From an uncultured bacterium (GTDB lineage Bacteria; Oederibacteriota; Oederibacteriia; Oederibacteriales; Oederibacteriaceae), in contig OZ218778.1 of assembly GCA_965112635.1 (NCBI GenBank), positions 2,176,001-2,240,000 of the forward strand: a stretch of 64,000 nt of DNA, read 5' to 3'. The notes under the pieces were generated by a model. That model was not told the origin of the DNA, did no database searches, and saw nothing but the letters and a program-made list of their open reading frames with translations. Made by a program: the position numbers and the translations under genes. Position 1 is the first letter of the stretch, and the number at the start of each line of letters is the position of its first letter. Shown one piece after another: positions 20,312 to 31,572 of the stretch.

Positions 20312-20998
20312 ATGAAAAAAACCTTTGAACAAGACAGCGACGTGCTGGAATTCGCTGGGTTCAACCGCAGGCAGCTTTTTCCAGTAAACCTTCCAGCACC
20401 GAAAGCCAAAGATGGGATGTCTGTATCAAAGGCGTTGAAGAAAAGGCAGACTGTCAGAGAGATAAGCGATAAAAAAATGCCTCTGCAAGTCCTATCAAGC
20501 ATGCTTTGGGCTGCCTGTGGGGTTAACCGTAAAAAAGGGCCGTTCAACATTCCTGGCAGGACAGCAGGCTCGGCGAGCAACTCCCAGGAAATAGATGTTT
20601 ATGTGTGTTTGGGCCATGGCGCTTATCTTTACGAGGCTGTAAAACACAGGCTCTTGCCGGTGACGGGAGAAGATCTGCGTTCCTTGGCCATAGGCAAGGG
20701 CCAGGCCAGTTTTGGAGACAAGGCGCCTGTTCGTCTCATCTACGTCGCGGATGTGGATAAACTCATCCACACGGCCGGTTATCAGGAGCCCGGGCTCCTT
20801 GACCCGGAAGTCCAGAAATCCTATTATTTCGTGGATACCGGTCTCATTGCCGCCAATGTGTATTTGTTCTGCGCCTCCCAGGGTCTGGCCTCATGGTTCC
20901 ACAACTGCAACAAATCGACATTGAAAGAAAAATTAAAATTGCGCTCCACACAGCGGCCGCTTTTTGGGCATACCATCGGTTATCCTGTTAAAAAATGA
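20312..20998 (+). CDS. SagB/ThcOx-like nitroreductase family protein
   Basis: ALKKRQTVRE, LWAACGVNR, RTAGSASN, DTGLIAANVYL.C.SQGL. Confidence 0.88.
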   Translation: MKKTFEQDSDVLEFAGFNRRQLFPVNLPAPKAKDGMSVSKALKKRQTVREISDKKMPLQVLSSMLWAACGVNRKKGPFNIPGRTAGSASNSQEIDVYVCLGHGAYLYEAVKHRLLPVTGEDLRSLAIGKGQASFGDKAPVRLIYVADVDKLIHTAGYQEPGLLDPEVQKSYYFVDTGLIAANVYLFCASQGLASWFHNCNKSTLKEKLKLRSTQRPLFGHTIGYPVKK

Positions 20999-21020
20999 TA
21001 GAAGAAAAGGAGGGTCATCT

Positions 21021-21578
21021 ATGTTCAGATCAAACAAAATATTTTTAGGGGGATGGGCCGTCATTATCATGTTTGTTTTATTTCCATACCTGCTATTGGC
21101 GGGGACTGCCGCTCAAGCAGCCAATAAACCGCAGGTGGCACCGACCGCTGTGGTTGCTCCGGCTGATGTGGCTCCGGCGGCCATCAACTATGGCGAGGCC
21201 ATGGTCAAGTTCCCGCACAACAAGATCGTTCATTTTCCCGTAGCCCTGGGAATGGCGGCTGTTTTGTTCGCCCTGTTGAGCCTCCGCTGGCCCTCCCTGT
21301 ACAATTCCTGCCGCCTGCTCCTGTTTTTAGCCGCAGTCGGAGCGGTGGCTGCCCTGATCACAGGGAAAATGCAAGCCGGAGAGTTTTTAAACGGGCCATT
21401 GCGTCTTGTCCTGCACACTCATGCCATGCTTGGATTTTTTACGATGTTGTATCTTTGGCTGGGATTTTCCCTGAGTTATGTGCACGGGTCCAGGCGCTGG
21501 TTATGGATACCCCTGCTGTTGTTGGCCTGTTTGATCACGGCCACGGGATATTTTGGAGGTATTCTCGCCACGTCCTAG
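21021..21578 (+). CDS. DUF2231-like membrane protein
   Basis: ATG after AGGAGG; H..IVHFPVAL, H...G, TGYFGG; about 4 TM helices. Confidence 0.75.
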   Translation: MFRSNKIFLGGWAVIIMFVLFPYLLLAGTAAQAANKPQVAPTAVVAPADVAPAAINYGEAMVKFPHNKIVHFPVALGMAAVLFALLSLRWPSLYNSCRLLLFLAAVGAVAALITGKMQAGEFLNGPLRLVLHTHAMLGFFTMLYLWLGFSLSYVHGSRRWLWIPLLLLACLITATGYFGGILATS

Positions 21579-21623
21579 GCCGTCACGCCGGCTTTAACCT
21601 GTTTTGTGCGTGGGTGGCATAGG

Positions 21624-23705
21624 TCAGGCCGGGCTATTTCCAAGCCTGACAATGAACCTAAAACGGGCGTCGTCGTCATACCACATGGGAAAGTTGCTTC
21701 CCCAGACATTGCTGTGCAGGTTAAAATGCATCCCCCCGGCCAAAGCTGGCTGGCTGTCATCAAAGCGCAGCAAACGCGGCGTGCCCGGCGCGACCAGGGG
21801 AGCATCCAGGCTTTCGATGGCCAGTGAGCCTTCAGGCCCGTTATAAAAAGCTCCGGTTCCAATCCCATGCATGTTCCGGTTGCCATGACTGACCACCTCC
21901 AAGGGCGAGATGATCTGCCCCAGCTTATCCATTCTCCAGCGTTCAGGCCGGTTCACTGCCAGTGAGAAGGACAGCCAGGAGGCCTCGGGCAGACGCGTGG
22001 CCCTTTTTTCCAGCCAGCATAAGTCCATCCTGAAAAAACTCTCCCCATAAGGGAACTCATAAATGAGATAGACCTTTTGGGGCGCGCCGTAATCGCACTG
22101 CGCCTTGGCGGGCATTTTCAGGGATACGAACACCGTGTCGGACTTATGGCCCTTTTTAAAACTAAACTCAGCGGACTGCGGTTTCCAAAACGCCTCTTGC
22201 GGCTGAGGCTTGGCCTTGTCCATTCCCGGTTTGGTAAAGTCCGGGATGGCCCAGGACCTGTATTTTTCCAGGTCATGCGGGTATTCCCTGAGCCAGCGGT
22301 CGTAGGAGCCCTGGGAAAAGGTCTGGTACCTATACAGGCCCAGGGAATGGCTTTTTTCGCACCAGGATGGCCCTGCAGCACCCAATTGCAGCCTGGTGAG
22401 GGCACCAGACCTGGCATCGAACTGGACCGTAAACCGGCCTGCCGTAAATGGTATGGAGGCGTCTAGCTTGGACCCGGAAGGAATCTTGTTCTTCCTGTGC
22501 TTCAGTTCAGCCAGGGTTTGTGCCGCTTCCCTGGCCAAAGGCGCGGCCTTGAGCATGCCCAGGGCCTGGGTAATGTAGTCGCGCTGTTCCTGCCAGGAGG
22601 CCGCGAAGGTGCTGAAGCGCCGGGGTTCAGGGGCGTTTTTGCGAAACTGCCCAAATTCTTGGAACCGGCCAGGCACTGCCGATTCCGGCACCAGGTCAGA
22701 TTTAAGCGCGGCCTGGAAATCAGGATTGGAATAGTGGACATAGTCGCCAAGGTGGGTTTTTTCGTCCATGCCCCAGGTATGCTCCGGGATCAGGAGCAGG
22801 GATCTGCTGAAATTGTAAAAGGCCCGGCTGTATTTTTTGGCCCGACCATCAGCCTCCCATTGGGAACGCAGTCTGGACAAGGCGCGGTACCTGGCGACTT
22901 TGAGCGGGTCTGTGGCTCCGCCGTGTATCCAGGTATCGCCTATCTCTTTGGTCACGACCGGCAGTTTGGATTTAAGAGGGAGGAGCTTGGCCGCGAAAGC
23001 ATCCATGGTCGAGGCCATGACTCTGGCTCCGGGATCGTTCCGGCGATACTCCTGATAAGCCTGGCGGATTTTCTCGCTGGATTGCGGGCCGGCATTGTCG
23101 CCGGTGTGGGCGAAAACTAAAACATCTTCCAGTCCCCGGACGCTGATGGGCCGGCCGTAATCAGCGCTGTAGGCTACGATGAGCTCGCTTCCTTCCGGGG
23201 ATTTCCAGAGGAATACCGGAGGCACTATTGGCGCCGGGCACACCGGGTTGACCCCGATATGCAAGAATTTTAATCCTGCTTCGGCCATGAGGGGAACAAT
23301 ACCCCGCGTATGGCCCGGAACATCGGTCATCTTGGCGGCGATAGTTTTGCGGCCAAACCTGCGGTCAAGTTGCTGGGATAACGAGAGCCCAAAGCGGAAC
23401 AGGCTAACGTCCATGAGTTCGGAATGGGTGGTAAAGGGAAGGCCGTGCCAGGCAATATCTCCGGCCATAATGCCCTGCTCCATAATTTTGCGTTCTTTAG
23501 TTCCGGCCTGCTCGAGATACTCATAGATGAGCCAACTGCCTGTGGTCCAGATGAACCGCTCCGGCTTTCCGGACTCGCGCATTTCGCAGGCCAAGGACAG
23601 GGCTGAGGGGATGTAGCGCTCGAAATAGGAGCTGACCACTGTTCGGGAAAAGTTGGTAAAGCCAATGTCCAGATGGGTTTTAAAGATAAGGTGTACTGTT
23701 TTCAT
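21624..23705 (-). CDS. DUF5054 / GH38-N-like glycoside hydrolase
   Basis: FKTHLDIGFT, WHGLPF, KMTDVPGHT, EIGDTWIHG, EHTWG. Confidence 0.8.
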   Translation of the reverse strand: MKTVHLIFKTHLDIGFTNFSRTVVSSYFERYIPSALSLACEMRESGKPERFIWTTGSWLIYEYLEQAGTKERKIMEQGIMAGDIAWHGLPFTTHSELMDVSLFRFGLSLSQQLDRRFGRKTIAAKMTDVPGHTRGIVPLMAEAGLKFLHIGVNPVCPAPIVPPVFLWKSPEGSELIVAYSADYGRPISVRGLEDVLVFAHTGDNAGPQSSEKIRQAYQEYRRNDPGARVMASTMDAFAAKLLPLKSKLPVVTKEIGDTWIHGGATDPLKVARYRALSRLRSQWEADGRAKKYSRAFYNFSRSLLLIPEHTWGMDEKTHLGDYVHYSNPDFQAALKSDLVPESAVPGRFQEFGQFRKNAPEPRRFSTFAASWQEQRDYITQALGMLKAAPLAREAAQTLAELKHRKNKIPSGSKLDASIPFTAGRFTVQFDARSGALTRLQLGAAGPSWCEKSHSLGLYRYQTFSQGSYDRWLREYPHDLEKYRSWAIPDFTKPGMDKAKPQPQEAFWKPQSAEFSFKKGHKSDTVFVSLKMPAKAQCDYGAPQKVYLIYEFPYGESFFRMDLCWLEKRATRLPEASWLSFSLAVNRPERWRMDKLGQIISPLEVVSHGNRNMHGIGTGAFYNGPEGSLAIESLDAPLVAPGTPRLLRFDDSQPALAGGMHFNLHSNVWGSNFPMWYDDDARFRFIVRLGNSPA

Positions 23706-23828
23706 AATCGGGATTTTACTCCAAATTCATCCTCGATGGATATGAATTTAGGTCACAAATGATTCTAAAAGCTTTGTTTTGGGAATGAATTTATTTATAA
23801 TATTTTAAAGTCCGCAAAAGGAGTTCCT

Positions 23829-24803
23829 TTGAGAATAACCAGATCGGCCTTGTTTTTAACATTTTTTTTGCTATTTATTTGCACTAATGTTTTTGGCGCT
23901 AATGTGACCGTTACCGCTACCGTGGACAAGAACAAGCTGTATGTAGGAGATACCCTTACTTATACTATTGAATGCATCCGGGGTGGTAGCGTGATCAATA
24001 TGGCCACGCCGCAGCGTTTTGACGGTTTTGTGGTAGTGGGATCTTTCAGCAGCAGCAATGCCACCTTTATGAACGGTGAAATGGAAGCCGTGACCCAGCA
24101 AAAATACGAGCTGGCCCCGGCCAAAAGAGGCACCTATTCCATCGGACCAGCAGTCCTCCAATATACAGATGCGGCAACTGGCAAGACGCAGGTTTTGCAG
24201 TCCAATACCGTGACCATCCAGGTTTTGAGCTCCAAGTCATCTGTGCCACAAGCCAGGACTGCACCCCAGACAGGCCCCGTGTCCCCGGAACACGAGCAAG
24301 ACTTGACTCGCACGCCCACACCAGAAGAGATCAGGGATATCAAAGGATCTTTGCCGGACCATTCTGGGTTGCCTTGGTGGTTTTATTGTTTGGTGGTTCT
24401 GGGTGTCCTAGCGATCGTCTGGTATTTTTTGAGGCCGAAAAAAACAACCCAGCCCGGGGGAGCCAAAGAGACCGGCGTCAGCCTGGAACAGGAAATAGCC
24501 AATGACCTTCTAATGGCGCTCAAGGCCAAAGACAGGGGAGAGCTGACCCAGTTCTATTTGTATGTTTCCCTGAGCCTACGCAAGTTTTATGTGAAGAAGT
24601 ATAATATTGGAGCCTTGGAAAGCACCACCAACGAGCTTCTGAAAAGATTGAATAAAGTCGGGATGGACAAGAAAGCTATCGTGGGTATCGGAGATATTTT
24701 GGAGGAGTGCGACCTGGTCAAATTCGCAAAACATGAACCCTCGGCCAAGGAGGCTGAAGAGGTTTACCGCAGGGCCGTTTCTTTTATCAAAATTAGAATA
24801 TGA
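23829..24803 (+). CDS. BatD-like protein (signal peptide, Ig-like domain, TM helix, cytoplasmic tail)
   Basis: VTATVDKNKLYVGDTLTYTI, GTYSIGPA, IRDIK, TM helix, ALESTTNEL, CDLVKFAK. Confidence 0.75.
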   Translation: MRITRSALFLTFFLLFICTNVFGANVTVTATVDKNKLYVGDTLTYTIECIRGGSVINMATPQRFDGFVVVGSFSSSNATFMNGEMEAVTQQKYELAPAKRGTYSIGPAVLQYTDAATGKTQVLQSNTVTIQVLSSKSSVPQARTAPQTGPVSPEHEQDLTRTPTPEEIRDIKGSLPDHSGLPWWFYCLVVLGVLAIVWYFLRPKKTTQPGGAKETGVSLEQEIANDLLMALKAKDRGELTQFYLYVSLSLRKFYVKKYNIGALESTTNELLKRLNKVGMDKKAIVGIGDILEECDLVKFAKHEPSAKEAEEVYRRAVSFIKIRI

Positions 24804-24816
24804 GGAGGAAACAAGC

Positions 24817-25803
<987 letters not shown>

Positions 25804-25805
25804 GC

Positions 25806-26243
25806 ATGTCCCCGGGCTCTCATGTGGCGGCCAGCGTGACCGCGGCCGCGATCATCAAATATTTTGTCCCCGGCTGGGAAGCTTGCCTGGCCTGTCTGCT
25901 CGTCGGTATTTTTATCGACGCAGACCACTTCTTGGATTTCTATTTGGAACCCAAAGTGAACCATGACCTGAGAAATTTTTACAGGCTGTGCCAGGAGTGC
26001 GCTTTTAAAAAGGTCAGGCTGGTCCTCCATTCCTGCGAGCTCATCATCCCTTTTGGCCTGCTGTTTTATTTTTACGGGGCGCGGCCCCTGCTGGTAGGGA
26101 TCTTTATCGGCTATTTGCACCATCTCATCCTGGATAACTTGTTCAACCCGGTCAAATCACCTTACACATATTTTTTAACTTACCGCTGGCGGAAAGCTTT
26201 TCAGATGTCTGAATTTTTTATTCAAAAAAGGAAGGCAAGATGA
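25806..26243 (+). CDS. Small membrane protein with metal-dependent-hydrolase-like His/Asp motifs
   Basis: H near N-terminus, FIDADH, LHS.E, GYLHHLILD; hydrophobic segments. Confidence 0.65.
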   Translation: MSPGSHVAASVTAAAIIKYFVPGWEACLACLLVGIFIDADHFLDFYLEPKVNHDLRNFYRLCQECAFKKVRLVLHSCELIIPFGLLFYFYGARPLLVGIFIGYLHHLILDNLFNPVKSPYTYFLTYRWRKAFQMSEFFIQKRKAR

Positions 26244-27118
26244 TACCTCCCGAGATATTGAACCGGCTGAAAAGGGTGGAGCTGTCCACCAAAAAACTGG
26301 TCCAGACAACCATCCACGGCGGGTATCTGAGCACATTCAAAGGACAGGGTATTGAGTTCGACCAGGTCAGGGAATATGTAGAGGGGGACGATATCCGTTC
26401 CATTGACTGGAATGTGACGGCCAGGTTCAACCACCCTTATGTTAGGACCTATATCGAAGAAAGGGAATTGCTAGTTCTACTGGCCGTGGATGTGTCCGGA
26501 TCATTCGGTTTCGGTACGCAACAACAACTCAAAAGAGAATTGGCCCTAGAATTCTGCGCCTGCGTGGCCTTTTCCGCACTGCAGAGCCATGACCGGGTCG
26601 GTCTTTTGCTATTCTCCGACCAGGTGGAAAAGTTCATTTCGCCCCGTAAGGGCCGCCGGCATATTATGAGGATGATGAGGGAACTTCTGTATTATCAACC
26701 CCGGCACAGCGCCACGGATATCAACAGTTTCCTGCAGTACACGGCCAGAACTTTCAAGAAAAGCGCCACAGTTTTTATGGTCTCGGATTTTATCGTGGAT
26801 TCAATCCATGAGTCCCTCCTGCAGCGGGTCGCCAAGAAACACGACCTCATTGCTGTGACCATCAAGGACCTAGCCGAGGAACAGATGCCCAGGTTCGGGC
26901 TAATCAGGCTGAGGGACCCGGAAACAGGGGTCCTGCGCTTGGTGGACACTTCCAGTCCCCGGGTGCTCCAGGCCATCCAGAGCCTCAGCCAGAAACGCTC
27001 GGCCAAAATGGCCCAGGTGTTCAAAAAGAACGGAATTGACTCCATCGGCCTATATACGGGTCAGGACCCCGTTAAACCTCTCATCCGATTTTTTAAAGAA
27101 AGGGAAAAAGCCAGGTGA
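26240..27118 (+). CDS. DUF58 family protein
   Basis: GIEFDQVREYVEGDDIRSIDWNVTAR, VDVSGS, VSDF. Confidence 0.95.
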   Translation: MIPPEILNRLKRVELSTKKLVQTTIHGGYLSTFKGQGIEFDQVREYVEGDDIRSIDWNVTARFNHPYVRTYIEERELLVLLAVDVSGSFGFGTQQQLKRELALEFCACVAFSALQSHDRVGLLLFSDQVEKFISPRKGRRHIMRMMRELLYYQPRHSATDINSFLQYTARTFKKSATVFMVSDFIVDSIHESLLQRVAKKHDLIAVTIKDLAEEQMPRFGLIRLRDPETGVLRLVDTSSPRVLQAIQSLSQKRSAKMAQVFKKNGIDSIGLYTGQDPVKPLIRFFKEREKAR

Positions 27119-28134
27119 AATTTTTATATCCCCAGTTTTTTTGGGTCTTGGTCCTTCTTTTGCCATTACTGGTATATTTGGAAATTAAATCTTTAAGGCG
27201 GGGAGGGAGTTTTACTTATTCGGCCCTCCGGGGACTGCCTTCTTGGAGGTTCACGAGGGGCTTCGTAGGCAGGTATTTTTTGATCATGGTCAAGGGGGCC
27301 GTTGTGATCCTGTTGGTCGCTGTGTTGGCCCGGCCGCAGACCGAGGTCAAAGAGACTGAGGAAAAATCAAAAGGTATTCAGATCGTCCTGGCTCTGGATA
27401 TTTCAGGAAGTATGCGAGCCGAAGATTTCAAGCCCCAGAACAGGGTCCAGGCGGCCAAGGCCGTCATGACCGATTTTATCAAAGGGCTGCAGGGAAATGA
27501 CCAGGTAGGTTTGGTGGTATTCGCAGGCCGCAGCTTCACCCAGTGCCCACTGACTTTGGATAAAGAGATCGTCGCCAATTTCATTAATCAGGTAGAAGTG
27601 GGGACCGTGACAGTCGACGGCACGGCTATGGGTGACGGCTTGGTCAATAGTGTCAATGTCTTGGACAAGGAGCCAGGAAAGAGCAAGGTGGTCATTTTGG
27701 CCAGTGACGGGGTCAACAATACTGGCGTGCCCCCATTGGAGGCGGCACGCCTGGCCGCGACCAAGGGGATCATTGCGTACACGATCGGGATCGGACGCAA
27801 AGGAGGAGCACCCATGCCCTACATAAACCCCTTTGGCCAAAAACAATATTTGATAGATCCCCGAACTGGGGGGGTGTATATGGTTGAAGAGCCGGATGAA
27901 AAAACCCTGCAGGCTATCGCGGACATGACCGGGGGCCAGTATTTCAGGGCGACCGATGAAAAAAAATTGGCTGAGATATACTCCCGCATCTCCCAGATGA
28001 CCAAGGAAGAATTTTCACAAAAGATCTACACCCGTACAAATGAAGATTATTTCCCATTTTTGATGGCCGCGGTAGGTCTGTTGATTTTTTATTTCTTACT
28101 AGACGAGTTTTGGTTCAAGATTTTACCAGCTTAG
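27115..28134 (+). CDS. BatA-like VWA domain membrane protein
   Basis: LARPQ, DISGSM MIDAS motif, GTAMGDG, SDG.NN.G, TGGQYFRA; C-terminal TM helix. Confidence 0.92.
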   Translation: MKFLYPQFFWVLVLLLPLLVYLEIKSLRRGGSFTYSALRGLPSWRFTRGFVGRYFLIMVKGAVVILLVAVLARPQTEVKETEEKSKGIQIVLALDISGSMRAEDFKPQNRVQAAKAVMTDFIKGLQGNDQVGLVVFAGRSFTQCPLTLDKEIVANFINQVEVGTVTVDGTAMGDGLVNSVNVLDKEPGKSKVVILASDGVNNTGVPPLEAARLAATKGIIAYTIGIGRKGGAPMPYINPFGQKQYLIDPRTGGVYMVEEPDEKTLQAIADMTGGQYFRATDEKKLAEIYSRISQMTKEEFSQKIYTRTNEDYFPFLMAAVGLLIFYFLLDEFWFKILPA

Positions 28135-28162
28135 AACAGCAGGCGGAGAGAAGGGTGGGTCC

Positions 28163-30001
28163 ATGGATTGGCTTTATCCCCAAGTTTTTCTGATCCTGGT
28201 CTGTATGGCGCTGCCGACTATTGGGCTTGGCCTGTGGCTGGCTGAGAGGAAAACCAGAAAGGCCAAAGGTATTTTTTGTAGCCCCAACCTATGGCAAAAA
28301 ATGGAAAACAACAACCAGGCCTGGAGGTTGTTAACAAAAAGGGTGTTTTTTGTTGGTGCCGTTGTCCTAATCTTATTGGCTTTAGCGCGACCCCAGGGAG
28401 GTATCAGTTACGAGGAGGTCAACACCGAAGGTTTGAATATTCTTATAGCTTTGGACACTTCTTCCAGCATGAAAGCGATGGATTTTCAGCCAGGCAACCG
28501 CCTAGAGGCCGCCAAGCTGGTCCTGTCCTCGTTCATCCGAAATCTGAAGGGCGACCGAGCCGGTTTGATCGTTTTTGCGGGGGGCAGCTTTGTCCAGTGT
28601 CCCCTGACCATGGACCATGACACCTTATTGATGTTGCTGGACCATGTGGATTTCAATACCGTAGAGCACGACGGCACCGCCATCGGAGATGCCATTGAAA
28701 CTGCGGTCAATGCTTTTGGCAAAGAAGAGAACCGGTCCGCTGTTTTACTCCTTCTGACCGACGGTGAAAATAATCAAGGGGTTGATCCCATAGGGGCAGC
28801 CCAAAAAGCAGCCAAGAACGGGATCAGGATATTTACCGTGGGGATTGGGACTCCCGGAGGGGCGAAAATTCCGGAAGGCTATGATATGTGGGGAAGACTG
28901 GAATATAAGAGATTCCAGGGTCAGGAGGTGGTGACCACTCTGGACGAAGCCCTGCTTAAAAAAATTGCCTCTTTGACTGGCGGGGAATACACTTTTGCCA
29001 GTAGCACGGATGCCTTGGCTCACGTGGCCAGACGAATTCAAACTTTACAAAAGAGTGTCTTTAAAACTAAACGCAGGAAGCAGTCAGAGGATCTTTATCC
29101 TTATTTTGTGGCTGGAGCTTTGGCGCTATTGCTTTTGGAATTGATATTTCACCTTATTTCATTAAAAATACCTGGATTTTCCAGGCTGGGGTTCTATTTG
29201 ATTATGGTTTTTGTTTTTTTCAGTTCCATGGGCATGGGAATACCGGCTTATTTAGATAACAGGTCAGGAAATAAGATGTTTAGCCAGCAGGATCTCGAAA
29301 ATGCCCGGGACAGGTATATGCAGGCAATAAATGAAGACCCTAATTTTGCTGAATCGTATTATAATCTTGGTAATGTTTTTTACCGCCAAGGAAATTTTGA
29401 TCAGGCGATAGAAAATTACGAGAACTCACTGGCCAAGAAATCGGGCCTGTTCGAAGCTTGTTACAACGAAGGAAACGCCTACTATAAAGAAATGGCGTGG
29501 GAAAAGGCTGTCGGTTGTTATGAAAAGGCTTTAACTCTCAGACCAGATGACGAGGATGCCAAATACAATCTTAATCTGGCCAGGAAAAAGCTGAAGTCCA
29601 GTCCGAACGAGCAGCACAAGGATAAAGAACAAAAAAAGTCCCAAAAGAATTCCAAGGACCAGGGAAAACAAGGGAAGTCCAAAGATGAGAAACAGAACCA
29701 GGAGGAGCAGGGAAGCCAAGGACAGGAGAGCCAGAAGCAAGGCCAACCCAAGTATAAGAAAATGACTGAAAGCCAGATGAAGGAGCTTGAGAAAATTGTT
29801 AAAAACCAGTCCAAACAATACGAGAGCTCTTTTCATCCTGAAGCAAAAAAAGGCAAACAACAGAAACGTGATATGTTCAGCCAGTCGCCAGAAGATCAAA
29901 TTGACCAGATGCGCCAAATGATGGGATTGCCTCCCATCTTTGGGGGCAGAACCCAAGATCGTTCTGACAAAAAAGGCGCACAGGAGGAGAAAAATTGGTG
30001 A
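28163..30001 (+). CDS. BatB-like VWA protein fused to BatC-like TPR domain with Q/K-rich tail
   Basis: LARPQ, DTSSSM, TDGE; TM helices; TPRs YYNLGNVFYRQG, YNEGNAYY, DAKYNL; low-complexity QK region. Confidence 0.9.
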   Translation: MDWLYPQVFLILVCMALPTIGLGLWLAERKTRKAKGIFCSPNLWQKMENNNQAWRLLTKRVFFVGAVVLILLALARPQGGISYEEVNTEGLNILIALDTSSSMKAMDFQPGNRLEAAKLVLSSFIRNLKGDRAGLIVFAGGSFVQCPLTMDHDTLLMLLDHVDFNTVEHDGTAIGDAIETAVNAFGKEENRSAVLLLLTDGENNQGVDPIGAAQKAAKNGIRIFTVGIGTPGGAKIPEGYDMWGRLEYKRFQGQEVVTTLDEALLKKIASLTGGEYTFASSTDALAHVARRIQTLQKSVFKTKRRKQSEDLYPYFVAGALALLLLELIFHLISLKIPGFSRLGFYLIMVFVFFSSMGMGIPAYLDNRSGNKMFSQQDLENARDRYMQAINEDPNFAESYYNLGNVFYRQGNFDQAIENYENSLAKKSGLFEACYNEGNAYYKEMAWEKAVGCYEKALTLRPDDEDAKYNLNLARKKLKSSPNEQHKDKEQKKSQKNSKDQGKQGKSKDEKQNQEEQGSQGQESQKQGQPKYKKMTESQMKELEKIVKNQSKQYESSFHPEAKKGKQQKRDMFSQSPEDQIDQMRQMMGLPPIFGGRTQDRSDKKGAQEEKNW

Positions 30002-31185
30002 AGCGTAATGTTGAAGAAAAACCCAGCAGAACTTGGATTTATTTATTAGTGGTCGTCGTTTTGTTACTTGCGGGAGTAGCGGGGTGGTGGTCCTACCAAG
30101 CGGGCCTTTGGGGCGGGCTGCCTTTGGTGGAAAGGTATAAATTCTCCGATGAGCGCATCATGAGTTATTGTGTTGGAGGGGAGGGTGACAAGTTCGTCCT
30201 GTGGTTGAGCACCGATAAAGGCAGGCTTTACGCTTTTGACAATGAATTGGGACTTTTGTGGAAAAGCGATCCCGGTTATGGGCAGAACGAGTGGGTGATC
30301 GTGGCTTCCAAGAACAGCATTTCCAGGGACGGGAGCCATCTGGTCGCAGGGAATATCTTTAATCAATTGGAAAGCAAGCGAACGAAGAACAAACTTTTTT
30401 GCTACAACCGTTCCGGGAATATAGATTGGGTGAAGGAATTTAATTCCAGGACAAGCCTCCCTTTTATTTCTCCTGACGGCAAAAGGATCATTGCCTGGAG
30501 CGAGGGAAAACTAGTCCAATTCTACGATATAACGGGCAAGCTGTTATCGACTTATCGGGTCAATGCAGGCGAGATCAGTGATATAGGTTTTGCAGCTGAT
30601 TCGCCTAATTTCGCGGTCCTGACCAGCAAGGCGGTAATCTTTTTTATCAAAACGGAGCAGCGGGTCATATCCATCCCCAGGGAAGGCATTCCCTATGAAC
30701 ATATATCCATGAACAACAGCGGGACCCAAGTATTGATCAGTGGCGGCAAAAATATCGAAGTATGGGATAAGGCAGGGAAAATGGTTAAAAAATTCGAAGG
30801 CCACCGTTCCAACTTCGGATGCTTTACTTCTCGCGGGGATTCCTTGTTCATGGGTATTTCTTACGACTATCCCAAGGGAGAACTGCAGTTCTACGACTTG
30901 AAGGCGGATAAGATGATGCAGTCCCTCAATATATTTCCGCCCGTGGCCAGCTATGTTGACACTGACGAAGCCGGCCAATATGTAGTTTTTGGAAAATCTT
31001 TAGGCAATGAAGAAAGTGACAAGAAAAATTTCTACCTCTTGAGTTCCAAGGGAGAGAAGATATGGGCTGGTCGTATCGCCAATGCGGACCTTTGGCCCAA
31101 AATATCCTTGGACGGCAAGCTTGTCGCAGCAGTTGCCGATGAATACAGGCTTCTTTTATATAAGACCAGCAAAGAAAAGCAGTGA
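29995..31185 (+). CDS. Membrane-anchored WD40/PQQ-like beta-propeller protein
   Basis: N-terminal TM helix; repeats IS.DG...; G.LLW motifs. Confidence 0.7.
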   Translation: MVKRNVEEKPSRTWIYLLVVVVLLLAGVAGWWSYQAGLWGGLPLVERYKFSDERIMSYCVGGEGDKFVLWLSTDKGRLYAFDNELGLLWKSDPGYGQNEWVIVASKNSISRDGSHLVAGNIFNQLESKRTKNKLFCYNRSGNIDWVKEFNSRTSLPFISPDGKRIIAWSEGKLVQFYDITGKLLSTYRVNAGEISDIGFAADSPNFAVLTSKAVIFFIKTEQRVISIPREGIPYEHISMNNSGTQVLISGGKNIEVWDKAGKMVKKFEGHRSNFGCFTSRGDSLFMGISYDYPKGELQFYDLKADKMMQSLNIFPPVASYVDTDEAGQYVVFGKSLGNEESDKKNFYLLSSKGEKIWAGRIANADLWPKISLDGKLVAAVADEYRLLLYKTSKEKQ

Positions 31186-31235
31186 AACCCATCTAAATCA
31201 AAAGATCTACTCCTCTTTTTTTCATCAAGCTGTTT

Positions 31236-31251
31236 TGTGATTTAAATCACA
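31236..31251. promoter_or_regulatory. CRP/FNR-family operator-like palindrome
   Basis: Perfect TGTGA-TTTAAA-TCACA; TATAAT at 31280-31285 downstream. Confidence 0.6.
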
Positions 31252-31340
31252 TTCCTTCATCACATTCCTGATTTTGCCATATAATAGTTTTATCTCATTA
31301 ATCAGGCGGAAACATTGAAGAGAGCGTTTTTGTTTTTAAA

Positions 31341-31559
31341 ATGGTTTTTTTGCCTAGAAAGACCGTTTTCTTGACGATCTTGGAGTTGCTCTTGTTTCTT
31401 TCCTCCAATAGTTTACGGGCAGATACGCCGACCGACACTGACTCTGAGTTTGAGCGTGGGCATCGGGTTGAGGGTGGAACCCTACGAGGTGGATTACGCG
31501 CTGGGGTATGCCAATATGTGGGATTGCTGAACAGGATCTCTCTCGGAATAAAATTCTAG
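31341..31559 (+). pseudogene. Chimeric remnant: 5' end of a secreted TPT-linker gene joined to a frameshifted 3' end of a PorV-family gene
   Basis: Signal-like start then ADTPTDT. Frame +1 from 31444 reads LSLSVGIGLRVEPYEVDYALGY, and the ORF ends GLLNRISLGIKF; compare PorV LSLGVGIK...LDYSF...IHRISLLYGF. Confidence 0.6.
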
Positions 31560-31572
31560 GTCAAGAGGCGAC

